This document shows positions 27,496 to 40,700 of a stretch of DNA of 64,000 bases, piece by piece. Source of the stretch: Dimorphilus gyrociliatus (taxonomy: Eukaryota; Animalia; Annelida). Every line of letters starts with the position of its first letter. The first letter of the stretch is position 1. The stretch is from NCBI GenBank assembly GCA_904063045.1, contig CAJFCJ010000020.1, positions 1,232,916 to 1,296,915 of the forward strand. Reading direction: 5' to 3'. Below the pieces are notes generated by a model. It had not been told where the DNA came from and did not search any database. It saw only the letters and a list, made by a program, of their open reading frames with translations. Made by a program: the position numbers and the translations under genes.

Positions 27496-30400
27496 TTAGT
27501 GATGTCGCTGCAATCTTTTTCTCATATCTTGAAGGGTCGACTTGATCTCTTTCTGTAAAGAAGAACAGTTAATAAGTTGAAAAATACTTAATAAATTAGA
27601 AATGATACTTTAAGGATATATTTCAAATTAATGTATTATATATAAAAACTGTATATACTTTTTAGTATAATCAATTATTCATTCTTATAAATAACCGACA
27701 GAAAAAGAAAGCTAATAATTGATAATTACCTCGCTGTGCCGAATATATAGTTTACTATTTCTTGCAACAGATTTTTTCGAACAAACTGCTAGAGCAGCTT
27801 CTAAAGATAAAATTCGTTTTTCTTTGCAATCTTCTATGTAGGACATATAACAAATTGAACTTGTAACATCGCATAGTTCCTCTTTCGTTATCTTTCCCCC
27901 ATCTGACACCCCCATGTTTAATAGTTGCTTTCTATATTGTAATTCTTTATCGCAATATGATTGAAATAAAGCACTGGCAGCCCATAATACACTTGGAGAA
28001 GCTGTGTAAAAGAATGATGCAATTCAGAAAAGGTATTATAGCATATGACCTTCAAGAAATTTTAGTCTAGAAAGACCAACCTTTCGGTGAGCTAGCGATA
28101 TTCCATAAAAGTTTTTCCATACAAAGAGCGCATTCTTCACCGGCTTTACGTAAAGCCTTTGTTGCCCTATCACCAATCGGTAACCAATCCGGGGTGGCAA
28201 AATGTAGGGATTCAGCAATTGAATATCCAGTACTCACAGTTTCCGTGAATGTCGAAGAAAATACGACAACAAATTCCCTAGCATTTTGAACAGTTCTATA
28301 CACTTTTATTCCTTTTGGGGATAGTTGTTGTGGATGAACCATAACAGTGTCCTCAGGTAACCAACATCCGCTGTGAGCTTCATCATCCATAACAGCATGT
28401 GGACTTATTGATTTAATTGCCGCTTTGAAAGATTTCTCCTCACTAGCCGGAACAGAATACCTGAAAATTAAAATTGGTTGTCAAAAGAATCAATTTTAAT
28501 TAGCGATAACAAACCATATTGTAGGTTCTCCAGTATGAATGTAGTGAATATATGGTAGATGATGGGGTGTTCGTTGCCAACAGGATGCCGTAAACATCAT
28601 TGCTAAGTGAAGTGACGTTGAAGAGACACCTCTTACTTTGCCCAGATATGATAGTAATGTGCAAGGACTATTCTGCAGCGCGTGGAGATTCCACGAATGT
28701 TTGGCAAAAGCGGACGACTTACTAGTAGGGAACGCGCTTTGAGTTGTACCTGAGTCCATGTGAGCACCCTGAACACAAATATGTCTTTCTCCTTCATCAA
28801 CCAATTTCCAAAATTGCCTTTCGACATCTTCAAGATGAGGTTGACTCGGAAACCAACCGGCGGAGACATTTTGTCCCATTTTGTAAAATTCTGCTAAAGA
28901 TTTGCTTTTTCCGCATTCAATGGGTTCGTTTCTTTCTATAGTATTTTTTTTCAACTTTTCCTTTATATTTTGCTCGCATTTAATTTGATCTTCTTGACTG
29001 AGGCCATCAAATGATATAAGAAATGTACAATATGCTTCATATAATTTCTTTTCAACAATACTTAGTGTAGCGTGCAATTTTAGTCCTTGAGCAATTTTTG
29101 ACCATTTACTTTTGGTCATTACATCATTCATTCCGCCATTTTTCTTTATTAAATCTCCCAAAGTAACCAGATCTAATTCAACACCTCCTATTGTTGGAAT
29201 ATTATCAAATTTTGATATGATCTCATCCAGAGCTTTTCTCTTTAATGTCGATTCATAGTGGTTTTTTATCTGCTCTAGTCGAATATCAGCCGGTGGATGC
29301 TTTAGTTTAAGTCTTTGGATATACTGATTGTGTGGTATAATACGTAAATCTTCTGCAATAGTACACTCGGGCTGCCATTCGGGTGGGGGTACAATCCGAC
29401 ACATACCATACTTTTCGGCGTCTGGCCTTATGGATTCAATATAGGCTATAGCATCGTGGAATTGCTCTGAGCTTGGATGATATACTGGAACTTCAGAAAT
29501 TCCATCCATACTTGGTAAGCCGTTTTGTTTTACAGGTGAGGTAAAATGGGTGCGAACCAACTTTCCAGGGGGTCTTCCCCTTCTCCGTTTGAGTTCTGGC
29601 TGAGGAGGAGATGGTATTATGTCACCTTCTAATCTTTTTACTCTGACGCGCACGTCCCGTAATAGCCTTCTGTTTTTAGAATCGCCAATATTACGACGCC
29701 ACTCGCGTTCTGTAATTTCCTCCTCATATTCTTCATCGCTACCATCTACGCTATCAGATTCTTCAATAATTTCTTCCTTTCGACGTTTGATAGGTGATGG
29801 AGCGGGAGAGGAGGAAACACTCCGAACCCGTTTATAAGGGGAGACCGAGCGACGACTCAATCTTCGAGAAGGTGAAGGAGAATGTTGATCAGATTTTCTT
29901 CGTTTTGCGGCCAAAGCTGCGGTTTTAATAGCTCTTTTAACCTGCTGCTGTCTAACTTTTTGATTATTTTTGGTAGTTTCAATCTTTCTTGTCGATTCTA
30001 CTTCTTCAGACTCCTCTGATGCGTTTTCATCAGCATAGAAATCTAAATGTGGAGGGAGATCATAGGACGAAGTTCTTAGACATAAAAACGTTAAAAAGTC
30101 TTCAGTCTTAGCTTTTCTTTGAGATAGAGCTAGTTTCCTTGGACTTTTTGCATTTGAATGTAAATTTTGATTTGTATTTGCTGCAAATTTGCGCTGAGCA
30201 CGGATACGAAAATTATTCAGAGTAGACATTGAACTATCCGTTGAGTCTCGACTGGCAGCGTCTTCTGTTTGTTGACTATTGCGACTTTTTTGAGGTGGGG
30301 GTTTCTTTTTACCAATATTGATGGAAGCTAATAGAGCTTTCTGTAACTGCTGCTCTTCTTGCCAATGTAAACCGGTTTGTTGTTCTCCTGTCTGCATTTT

Positions 30401-30661
30401 TTACACTGATATTAAAAATCTATGAAGATGTTGTGCTCTTACCCTGTTCCTTACAGCCGTAGACCTCTTTGGACGCGATCTTACGTTAAACGATTCTTCC
30501 TCTTCTTCTTCTTCTTCATCTTCCTCCTCCTCCTCCTCCTCCTCCTCTTCATCATCATCATCTTCGTCTTCTTCTTCAGATGTAGCAGATTCGGGTTCAC
30601 ACTTTAGCTTCCCATTAGTAGCGGGAGTAGTAGATCTACGTCTACCTCTTCTTGTAGGCAT
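27496..30661 (-). CDS. JARID2: Jumonji/ARID protein JARID2 (PRC2 cofactor; catalytically inactive JmjC)
   Basis: RAQRKFA and TEDFLTFLCLR motifs characteristic of JARID2; JmjN (VPVYHPS...EKYGMCRIVPP), ARID, JmjC lacking the HxE iron ligands, degenerate C-terminal zinc finger; acidic E/D tract in exon 1. Confidence 0.92.
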
Positions 30662-30930
30662 GCTTCACCTGCTTCTGAGGTTAATGTAGCAGATTTTTCT
30701 GTAAAACAAAACAATTTTGTTCAAAAGGTCTAAAATACCTTCTTTGCCGTATCTCTTTATAATAATATCTATAATTATGGTTACTTTGTGGACTATCCTT
30801 TCCCAGAATACGAAAGTTAATTGATCTATCAATTTAAAATCGGCTATGAAGATAAGTATGTTGCTGGTTATCTCAATATATTGTTTTTTTTGCTATTTAT
30901 TACAACTAGTTGTACTATAAAGAGTTCTAA

Positions 30931-30991
30931 CCGGAAGTGGTAGTTTACAGGTAGCGCCCCACAAGCATAATAACAATGGATTTCTGATTGG
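30931..30991 (+). promoter_or_regulatory. ETS (CCGGAAGT) and CCAAT (ATTGG) motifs upstream of JARID2
   Basis: Motifs read directly in a GC-richer patch about 270 nt from the JARID2 ATG. Confidence 0.4.
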
Positions 30992-32127
30992 ACGGGGGTT
31001 TTGAGCGCCTGTTTTTAAAAATTCAAGTCGTTTTTAATTTTAACAGTTTAGTTGCAGTACAACATTTATTGTATTTTCTCGTCAAAAAATAAAATTGTAA
31101 ATTTACTCTGTAAACATTCCCTGTTATATTTAGAAGGCCTCCGTCTGGCCAAAAAAATAGCAAAGAATTTCTATCAGATTTTATAGTTGGGTTCTTGTTC
31201 CATGCGACCGTTATAAAACCATTAAGTTTAAAGCTATTTGTTAAAACTTGTCTTAAATATCATTGACTTAGTTGTATCACAAAGAAGGATGTTTAAAATG
31301 AGTCATAGGATAACTGTATGTAAAGTTTATGATGATCAACATCTGAACGATTGTTATGCAAAATAATTTGGAGAAACGTGATATTTTTTGTATTGCTCAA
31401 TCAGCAATTATTCGTAAAGTTTTAAGCAAGAGAAAACACAGTGATTATATTTAATCACGTTTTCGCGTTATACGTCAAACAAACAAAATAAAAATTTTCC
31501 TATAACTAGCAATAACTAGTACCAGAGCGACATCTATAGGTTGTCTTCATTAAGACTTTTCAAACTATTAAATATTTAAGAGACATAAGATAGAACTTCA
31601 AGACCATCAATTTATTAATAGAGAAGTTAAAACTTCATCATTAGTAAATTCTCTTATTCAAGTTGTAAAAGAATATTCTTTGAGAAATTCCCGTTAGATA
31701 AGTAGCTATTTTACTAATTTATAAAGATTAACTATGCATGTAATTTTGAATTAGAAACTATGATTGTCTTTTTGTGTATGAAGATCTAAGAGTAATTAGA
31801 TTCTCGGTAAGCGAATATGGCATTATTAATCTAAAAATAGGTTGAGTACTTACATTATGCATACAGTATAAAGATATATTGTATTGTGTTGTTCATTGAT
31901 TATACATTTTTCAATTATTATTTGATAGATAATAAATTATTCAATTAAGTCAATATTCAATATTTGAAAAAAGTTTCTTTGATCTTACCGATGTCTACAA
32001 ATCGTTTCAATCAAAATATTTGTAAAAAGTGGAAAACTGGTAAACTTTTGATAGTCATTTGACCTTGATCTTCAAAGAGAAATCATTTTTTTATATTTAC
32101 TTTTCGTTTGCCATTACAAGCAAAAAT

Positions 32128-32922
32128 ATGGTAAGAGCTGCAGTTTTACTCCCACAAGGTGCGGAAGAGATGGAGGCAGTTATTGTGCAAGATGTCTTAA
32201 AAAGGGCTGAGGTATATTTATGTCATAATTTGACCTCTCCTGTTTTTAAACTGTTTTTCTAAACAGTTCGACACGATTTTGGTAAGTCTTGATGAAGCAA
32301 AAATGGTTACGTGTAGCAGAAAAGTTGGTATTGCAGCCGATAAATGTTTAAATGAGATTGAAAATGAAATATTTGATATTGTTGTCTTACCTGGTGGATT
32401 GGTGGGAACTCAGAATTTAAAAAAGGTAAAAACAACTCTATATTTTATTTCATATAATTTTTTAACAGTTCTGTATCTGAACATTTGAATTTTCAGTCTA
32501 CGAAAGTGAAAAATTTTGTGGAGACTCATATAAAAGCTAACAAATATATTGGAGCTATCTGCGCTGCTCCATTAGTTTTAAAGGAGTTTGAATTCTTTAA
32601 ACAAAAGGATGAACGAAAGTTTAGAGCAACCTACCACGATTCGTGTGACAATGATCTCAAAGATTGTTAGTAGATTTTGTTAGCTTTTAAAAAATCTTAA
32701 TTTATTCTATTATTGACTGCTTTTGCTTTATTTTCAGATTTCGAGAGACCTAATGGGGAAGCCGTTGTTCTGGACGATAAGCTAATAACCAGCAAAGGAC
32801 CAGGAACTGCTTTCGATTTTGCAATTAACATAGTTAAACTCCTTAAACCAAATGTTGTTAATACGATAGTTCCTCCAATGATGTTCGAAGGCGAGAATAA
32901 GATTTTCTTTGTAGAAAATTAA
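32128..32922 (+). CDS. PARK7: DJ-1/PfpI family protein, 4 exons
   Basis: MVRAAVLLPQGAEEMEAVI; DIVVLPGG; IGAICAAP (catalytic Cys); LITSKGPGTAFDFA. Confidence 0.93.
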
Positions 32923-33075
32923 AGCCTCTTTCTTAATAAATAAAACTATTAGCAATGATAAGAGACTAAAATTATTTTGTATTAAATCCTATTCAAAGTG
33001 TTTTTTATCACATCTATGCTGAAAAGATAATCGATATGAAGAAAGAATTACATTTTAATTACGCTAAAGTTACAA

Positions 33076-34521
33076 TTAAACTTTAGACAGGTCAGATCCA
33101 TTTTTCCCCTTGACCACAACTTCCTCAAGCCTCGATTTCTCTTCGAAATCTTTTTGGTTCATTTCTTTCTTTTTCAAATATGTGTAAGCAGCGCTTGCGG
33201 CTAGAACAATGGCATTAGATGCCCACCATAATAATGGTTTAACATCATGATTGTAGGAGGTAGCAATGATAGTTTGAGCGCAAGCTTTGGCAGTTCCACT
33301 TATATTATGTGTCAGAGGACTGGTAACTTTTATTTGAAGTCCAGTTACAAATCCTATAGCAAATCCAAAGACACCCGCTATAGTCATTGCTGTCCAGAAA
33401 TATATACTAGTAATTTGGTTGAAGTGAATAACTTTTGAAACTTCCCCTGACAAAATCATCAGGGGTAAAAATAGAACACAAGCATTTACATTGTTGTACA
33501 GAGTAAGCCTCCAAACATTCTCATCAACAACAGCTAGGAATTTTTTGGTGTAAATAGCGTTTAAAGCAACACATGCAGATGCTCCAACTCCAAATAACAC
33601 GCCCAAAATAGACAATGAACCTAATGTTTAAAATTATTATTTGAGCACATGTTACGAAATTAAAAACATCCTTACCAACTAAACCCTCTTGATCAACGCC
33701 TAGAAGGAAACCAAAAACCAACACGCCACAGCATATCAATAACTTGAACGAAGTCTTTTGTTGTAATATTACATACGATAGAATCTATTGATTTAGAATA
33801 GGGAAAGAAACAAGATATATTGAATGTTTCCTTAATAAAAAATATTAAAAACAAAGATAAACTGTCTGAAAAGTTTCTTTACTCACCACATTGAAAACTG
33901 TCGTCAAAGATCTGACGACATAATAGAATGCAACACCAACATACGTCAAACAGAGATTGTTAAACGTTATCATTCCAACAAACACAAGAGACAGTGGAAG
34001 AATCTTAAAATAATGGGTTGATTGAGATTATTTAGGTAATAATAGTAATAATAATATATATATATATATCTTTTAATAAGATACGAACTTGTTTCAGTAT
34101 GTCCAGTTTGATGACAAAAGCAGGAAATGATATTTGTTGAGGTGCCACCCTAGATAACTGAGAAAAGACGAAACAAGTACCAACAGTAACGACACATTGA
34201 AACCATGTAACAAATAACGGGCAATGTAGGTCTAAAGATGGACTACTTAGTAGGTACTTGTTGAGAAACACCAATGATATGGAGACAAACCTGAAAAATA
34301 GGTCAATTTATTGAATTTTCAATAAAAATACTCAAGTTAATTCATTTTACCAGTATAGAGCAACAACTGATGCTATTTTGAAACTTTTTGATGAGGTAGG
34401 CTCCATCTTCTCTTTATTATCTTCAATTAAAGGCTTAGTGTGTGCGTTTTCACCAGCTGTCAATCAATTAAACTGTTAAAAACTGCTTTGAACAAAAAAA
34501 GGGACAACACTTACACGACAT
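33076..34521 (-). CDS. SLC35C1: GDP-fucose transporter
   Basis: ATG TCG T|intron start; IASVVALYW|[14 protein letters not shown]; [12 protein letters not shown]; [19 protein letters not shown]. Confidence 0.92.
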
Positions 34522-34798
34522 ACCGCTTCTCACCGATCTATTGGTAACCGGTTGACCGGTTTGAAAAAACTGAAAGCGGAAATAGGAGGAGCGTAATTAA
34601 AACTAGTCTTTCTTTTTACAATTCACATTTTTCACTCGAACTGTCTACGTTTCACATTAAGTTTCTCCATCAAACTAAAACGATATATGGATAAAATGAT
34701 TCAATATTTAATTAATTAACTCTTCCTGGCTATTCAAATTTTGTTTGCTTTCTCATGACATTTTGATATATCTATGACAAACCAGTTAGCTTGAGAAA

Positions 34799-37700
34799 AT
34801 GTCTGATACTGCAACGGCATTCCTGCATATAGGAGACATTGTCTCTCTTTATGCAGAAGGGAGCTCCAGCAATGGATTTATGTCAACTCTCGGGTATGTC
34901 AAGTTTTATAATTGCGTAATCAACAGTCGCTGAAATTGTGACTTTTCGCTTGCAGATTAGTAGATGATCGATGTGTAGTACAACCAAGTAGCGGTGACTT
35001 GAATAATCCACCAAAAAAATTTAGAGGTAAAAACATTCTATTTGCTTATAAGGTTATCGATTATCAGTTATCTGTCAAATGCAGATTGCCTTTTTAAAAT
35101 ATGTCCTATGAACCGTTATTCGGCCCAAAAACAATTTTGGAAGGCCACGAAACAACATGCTCCCCATACAGACGGAACATTATTGAAGAAACTACAGGTT
35201 CGTTAAATTGTAAATTCCCCCTGGCTTTCCAAATAGCATCAATTTTATCTATAATTTAAGTAGTTTTATCTAAAACTTTGATAAGCTGTAAAGAATCGTA
35301 ACTGATGAGGAATTTCTCTTGATAAAATTTATTTGGATTTGAGAGAAATTGTATTATTAAATTATAGAAATTCATATGTCAATTAGGAACGTTGTAAATG
35401 CAACGTACAAATAGATTTAGTTATGGCAGTACTCTGTCGTAATTATGCATTAATTGATAAAATATATATAGCACTGTGGAAATTAACGTATATATATATA
35501 TTTATATAAGTATATATATTCATATTCATTTTCATAGCATGCTGCCGATTTGGAGAAGAAACAGAATGAAAATGAAAACACGAAGCTATTGGGTGATATT
35601 GTCCAGTATGGGGGTGTTATTCAGGTAGAAAATTAGCTTTTATTTACGAAATTCAATGGTCTAATTGACATTTATAATTCAGCTTCTTCACGTTAAATCA
35701 AATAAATATCTTACGGTCAACAAAAGGCTTCCGGCACTTAAGGAAAAGAATGCAATGAGGGTAATGCTTGATGCTTCTGGAAATGAGGGATCTTGGTTCT
35801 ATATTGTTCCATTCTATAAATTACGTAGTCCAGGCGATAGCGTTAGTTTAAATCGCTTTTAGAATTCAGTTTTAATCCGGGTGTGGTTTTAATATGAATC
35901 CTACAGGTTGTTGTTGGAGATAAAGTCATCTTAAATCCTGTAAATGCTGGGCAACCTTTACACGCTAGTAAAGCGGAACTAGACGATAACCCAGGTAAAT
36001 TAATTAGCAATTGGTTTGAAAAAGATTACCAAGCTTAAGATGGACAGTTGATGCGACTTAATTGTATTACATAGGTTGTCGCGAAGTAAATTCAGTACAA
36101 TGCAACACAAGCTGGAAAATTACCCTCTTTATGAATCATAAGGAAAACAACGACGACTATTTAAAAGGGGGTGACGTTGTTAGGTTATTTCACGCCGAAC
36201 AAGAAAAATTCCTCACTGGGGACGAATACAAGAAAAAGCAATATGTATTTCTTAGGACTACAGGGCGTACTTCAGCTACAGCAGCTACGTCCTCAAAAGC
36301 TCTCTGGGAGGTAGAAGTTGTTCAATTAGATCCTTGTAGAGGAGGTGCCGGACAATGGAAGTCGTTGTTCAGGTTTAAGCATTTGGCAACTGGTCAATAT
36401 TTGGCAGCGGAGGTAAATAAAGAGAATGAATCTTGAAACTTTTTGGATATCTCTTATTTCTTATTGAAGAAATCTCATAAAATATTTACAATTACAGGTG
36501 GATAACGACGAAACACCAGATATTATGCGTTCAAAGCTAAAGGCTGGTTTCCAAGTACTTCATCTAGTATGCGTTCCCCACGGTAATGATCCAGCTTCTG
36601 TCTTCGAATTAGATCCTACAACAATGACAAAGCAAGAAAACTTTGTACCAAGGTTTGTACTTTCCACTAAAGATTTATAACCTTTTATAAATGCAAAAAA
36701 AAGATGCCATCGCAATAGGTTCTGCAGTGTAAACTGCGTCGTCTAATGATGATTTTTCAGACAATGTCACGTTCGTTTACGGCACTACGAAACGGAGCTA
36801 TGGGTCCACAGCACTAATTTGCAATTGCATTATCATTTCGATATAAATCAGGACGGCGACAGAGCATGTTATAAGGTTATTGGTCATTTGGCTTATGAAC
36901 ATTTTTTTTAAAAGAATTCTGTAGAACCTGTTGCTGTGGGCTTCTTTTTCGTTAATTACTTTTCAACACTGCTTTCGATTAGCATGATTTTTTTTAATTC
37001 TACTTTTTAAATAATCAAAAAAAAAACAACGATTGGCAGTTTATAATATTACTAACTGTTTGCAATTGCGGTGCTGCTTGTTTTTTTTACGCAGATCGTC
37101 CTTCGTAAGGCTTAGACATTTGTTCACGAATACGTGGGTACATTCCACGTCGATTCCGATTGATAAAGAAGAGGAAAAACCTATTATGAGTAAGGTAGTA
37201 ACTAATTTTTCTTCACTCTGTAACTACTAATTGCTTGTAGCTTATTAATTCTCATTCCATAATATGATTTTTATAGCGTTAATATTTTGCTGGATTTTAA
37301 GTCTATATCTATTTAAATAGGATCTAATGCAAAATTAATATTATGAAATAACATCTAACACAGATTGACTTTAAATCCAGTTTTTTACGTATTGTCTATT
37401 CTATATTTAAGGTGGTAATATAATATTGCAAACATTATAGCTTGGATGTGCTAGAACGAAAGAAGACAAGGAAGCTTTTGCAATTGTTCCCGTTTCCCCT
37501 CAAGAAGTAAGGGATTTAGATTTTGCAAATGACGCTTCGAAAGTTTTGCAAGCAGCTGCTAATGAGTTGGATAGGGGGAATTTAAATCAAACTCAACGTC
37601 GTTTAATTGAACAATTGCTGAGAGAAATAATATGCTTTGTGGCCCTATTGGATACACAATCAACGGTTGATCCATTAGAAGTTGTGATCATTAAACCTGA

Positions 37701-40700
37701 CAGGGAACGCCCAAAGCTATTGAGAGAACAAAATGTTTTGAAGCAACTTTTTAGGATTCTTCAAGCTCCATTTCAGGGTGATAATCCACAATTTCGTTTA
37801 GAAGATTTAAAAGGAAATAAACACGCTGGCTATAAATATATATGTAAATTATGCTATCGAATACTTAAACTATCACAACAAAGTTATCGAAAAAATCAGG
37901 AATATATCGCAAAACATTTCGCCTTTATGCAAAAGCAGATTGGTTATGACATCTTAGCAGAAGATACAATAACCGCCTTGTTACATAACAACAGAAAATT
38001 ACTAGAAAAACATATAAATGAATCAGAAATAGAAACTTTTGTAAGCTTAGTTAGGGAAAATGGAGAATCTAGGTAAATTATCAACTATTAATCTTTTTTT
38101 TTCTTTTTTAAATTAACTGTTTAAGATAATTAGCTTTAATGATAAATATTTTTTTAAAGAGCTAATTATTTTATATCTCTTTTCATTTTAAAATAAATTT
38201 AGATTTCTTGATTACCTATCGGATTTGTGCGTCTCCAACAATGTAGCCATTGCTCGTACACAAGAATTAATTTGCAAGTCAGTCTTGTGTCCAAAAAATC
38301 AGGACATTTTAATAAATACGAGGTAAGAAATGTTCTCGAAAAGAGAGATTAGTTATTTTAAGTATTTTATACATTGTAGGAATTTAACTATAAATGTATA
38401 CCGTATATATATATTTATATATGTTCTTCTGTTGCAGCTGTGCTAGAGAAAAAACCGAAATTTTGCAAACTGAATATGAGAATGGTGTTGAAAAAAGAGT
38501 ATTTGAGTCAGAAGGAAAAATTGAACAAATTTATATAAAGATTACGAATAGGGAAGATCCCACTGGACCGAGAACAAATCTATTGCTACATGAAGTTGCT
38601 GATGTTGTGAAAGGTGGCATTTTAAGATATCCGAATACATTCGAAAAGCAAAAGAAGCTATTAGATTATTATCAGTGAGTTAAAGATATATGCACTATAT
38701 ACATATATACAGTATACACTGTATATTTTATTTTGTCTTGTTTTTTATACATTTATAAATATATAAATCTAATCTATACAGGCATCAGCTAGACTTGTTC
38801 GCCAATATGTGTATGGATCGTCAGTACCTGGCTATAAATAATATTCAATTTAAAATCGAATTAATGCTAAGGTAAAAATCCTTTTTATACTTTTAAGAGG
38901 CATTAATATTTAAAAAAAAACGAAACAAATAGATGTATTGCTGATGAAGAGTTCCCGGATGACTTACGAGCTTCGTTTTGCCGTCTATTCATTCATATGC
39001 ACGTTGACAGAGATCCACAAGAGACTGTTACCCCAGTTAAATATGCACGTCTTTGGGATGATATTCCGACAACTATATCAATTGACAATTATGAAAAAGG
39101 TAAAGCTAAAGAGAAATGTGAAGAACGAAAGAAATTTCAAAAAACAATTAAATTCGTTGAGGAATATTTGACAAACGTTGCTGTGTCTGCAAAATCTTTA
39201 TCAAGTATGGACAGTGGCAATAATTCTTTAACTTTAGAAGTTGTAAAATTAGCTAGACATCTTATATATTTTGGATTCTACTCTTTTAATGAATTATTAA
39301 ATTTAACAAAAACACTTCTTTCAATTTTGGATTGCGTAACTAATAGTACTGCTCCTACTGCTCAAGTTGATGTTAATTCCTTAGCTATGATGAAACCTGG
39401 TTTACATAATATAGCTAGTGTACTAGCTCAAGCGCAAAAAACGGTTCAGAAATCTGACGAAGAAGACGTTATTGTAATGAATACTAAACTGAAAATAATA
39501 GAGATCCTACAGGTGAGTATCATAAATACAATTATTAGGACATATTTCAATAAGTTTTTAGGAAAGACGCATATTTTCAAATAAGTTATTGACAGTTTAT
39601 TATGGATGTGAGGAAGGATTATCGCATCACGTGCGTCTTATCAATATTTAAAAAAGAATTCGACGCCAATGCAATGCAATCTGCAGGTTAAAAAAATTAG
39701 AAGCGCTACTAGATTTATTAACACTATTCTTAAAAAACACGCTAATCTAAATTTTTACTAATCTGCTTAATACGATATTTTCATTGATTTTATTTATAAA
39801 AAAAAACAAAACACTATTCATGTATACGCACTAGGTTTAAAAAAAAGAAGTCAGTAATCAAACAGATAGTATAAAGTGGAAAAAAAAAGAAAAATTGTAT
39901 TAGTTAATTGTATTAATAATCTTTTGTTCTTGAATGAAAAATCTTTTTCTTTTTTTTTTTTAAAACACATCAAAACGTAAAATTGCTACAGTTTATATTG
40001 AATGTTCGATTGGACTTTCGAATTTCCTGTATTCTATCGGTCTTCAAACGAGATCACCGAGCCGGAAACGGTGAGAGGAGGATATTTTCAGTTCATTTCG
40101 TTTCCATTTTTTCCTGCACGTTTAAAAAAAAAACGGCATGTCTGCACGTATACCTTTTTTCTCATACAATAGAAAAAAATTTATTTTTATTCCTTGGAGA
40201 AAACAGGAATAAATGGGTCATGTCTGAAAATAAATCTAAAAGGGACGAGAGATTATCTAAGGAATAATAATTCTAAAAAGTCCTTTTTATATTTAAAATA
40301 GAAAACATTAGTTGCTTATTGTGCCTTTTTCTCTTTATATGATTAGCCTTATACAAGTATATTAATGAGTATAAGCATGTAGATATTATATTTATATAAT
40401 TTCTACATGTCTCTATAATTTACAATTTAATGTATATAGAGTGGTAAAGAGCTCTTATGTTGATTTATCTTATATCCATCTATCAATCTATTGTGCTGTC
40501 TTTGCACAGATATATATATATATATAACTGTATTATATATTAATATATATATATATATATATATATACAGTATACTGTATATATAACTACAGTATATATC
40601 TACATATATAATATACCTTATATCTATAATAATAATAATTCACCTTATACCCTTACATGTTTATACCTTAAACAAATTATTTAAATATCCGTATTTTATT

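Noticed and set aside
37364-37411. In-frame 48-nt exon [16 protein letters not shown] in ITPR
   Set aside because: The downstream intron would be only 29 nt, below the sizes seen in this window.
40561-40585. Palindrome TATATACAGTATACTGTATATA and similar motifs (about 38705, about 23590) as a MITE
   Set aside because: Embedded in TA microsatellite-derived sequence, with no target-site duplications or consistent element boundaries.
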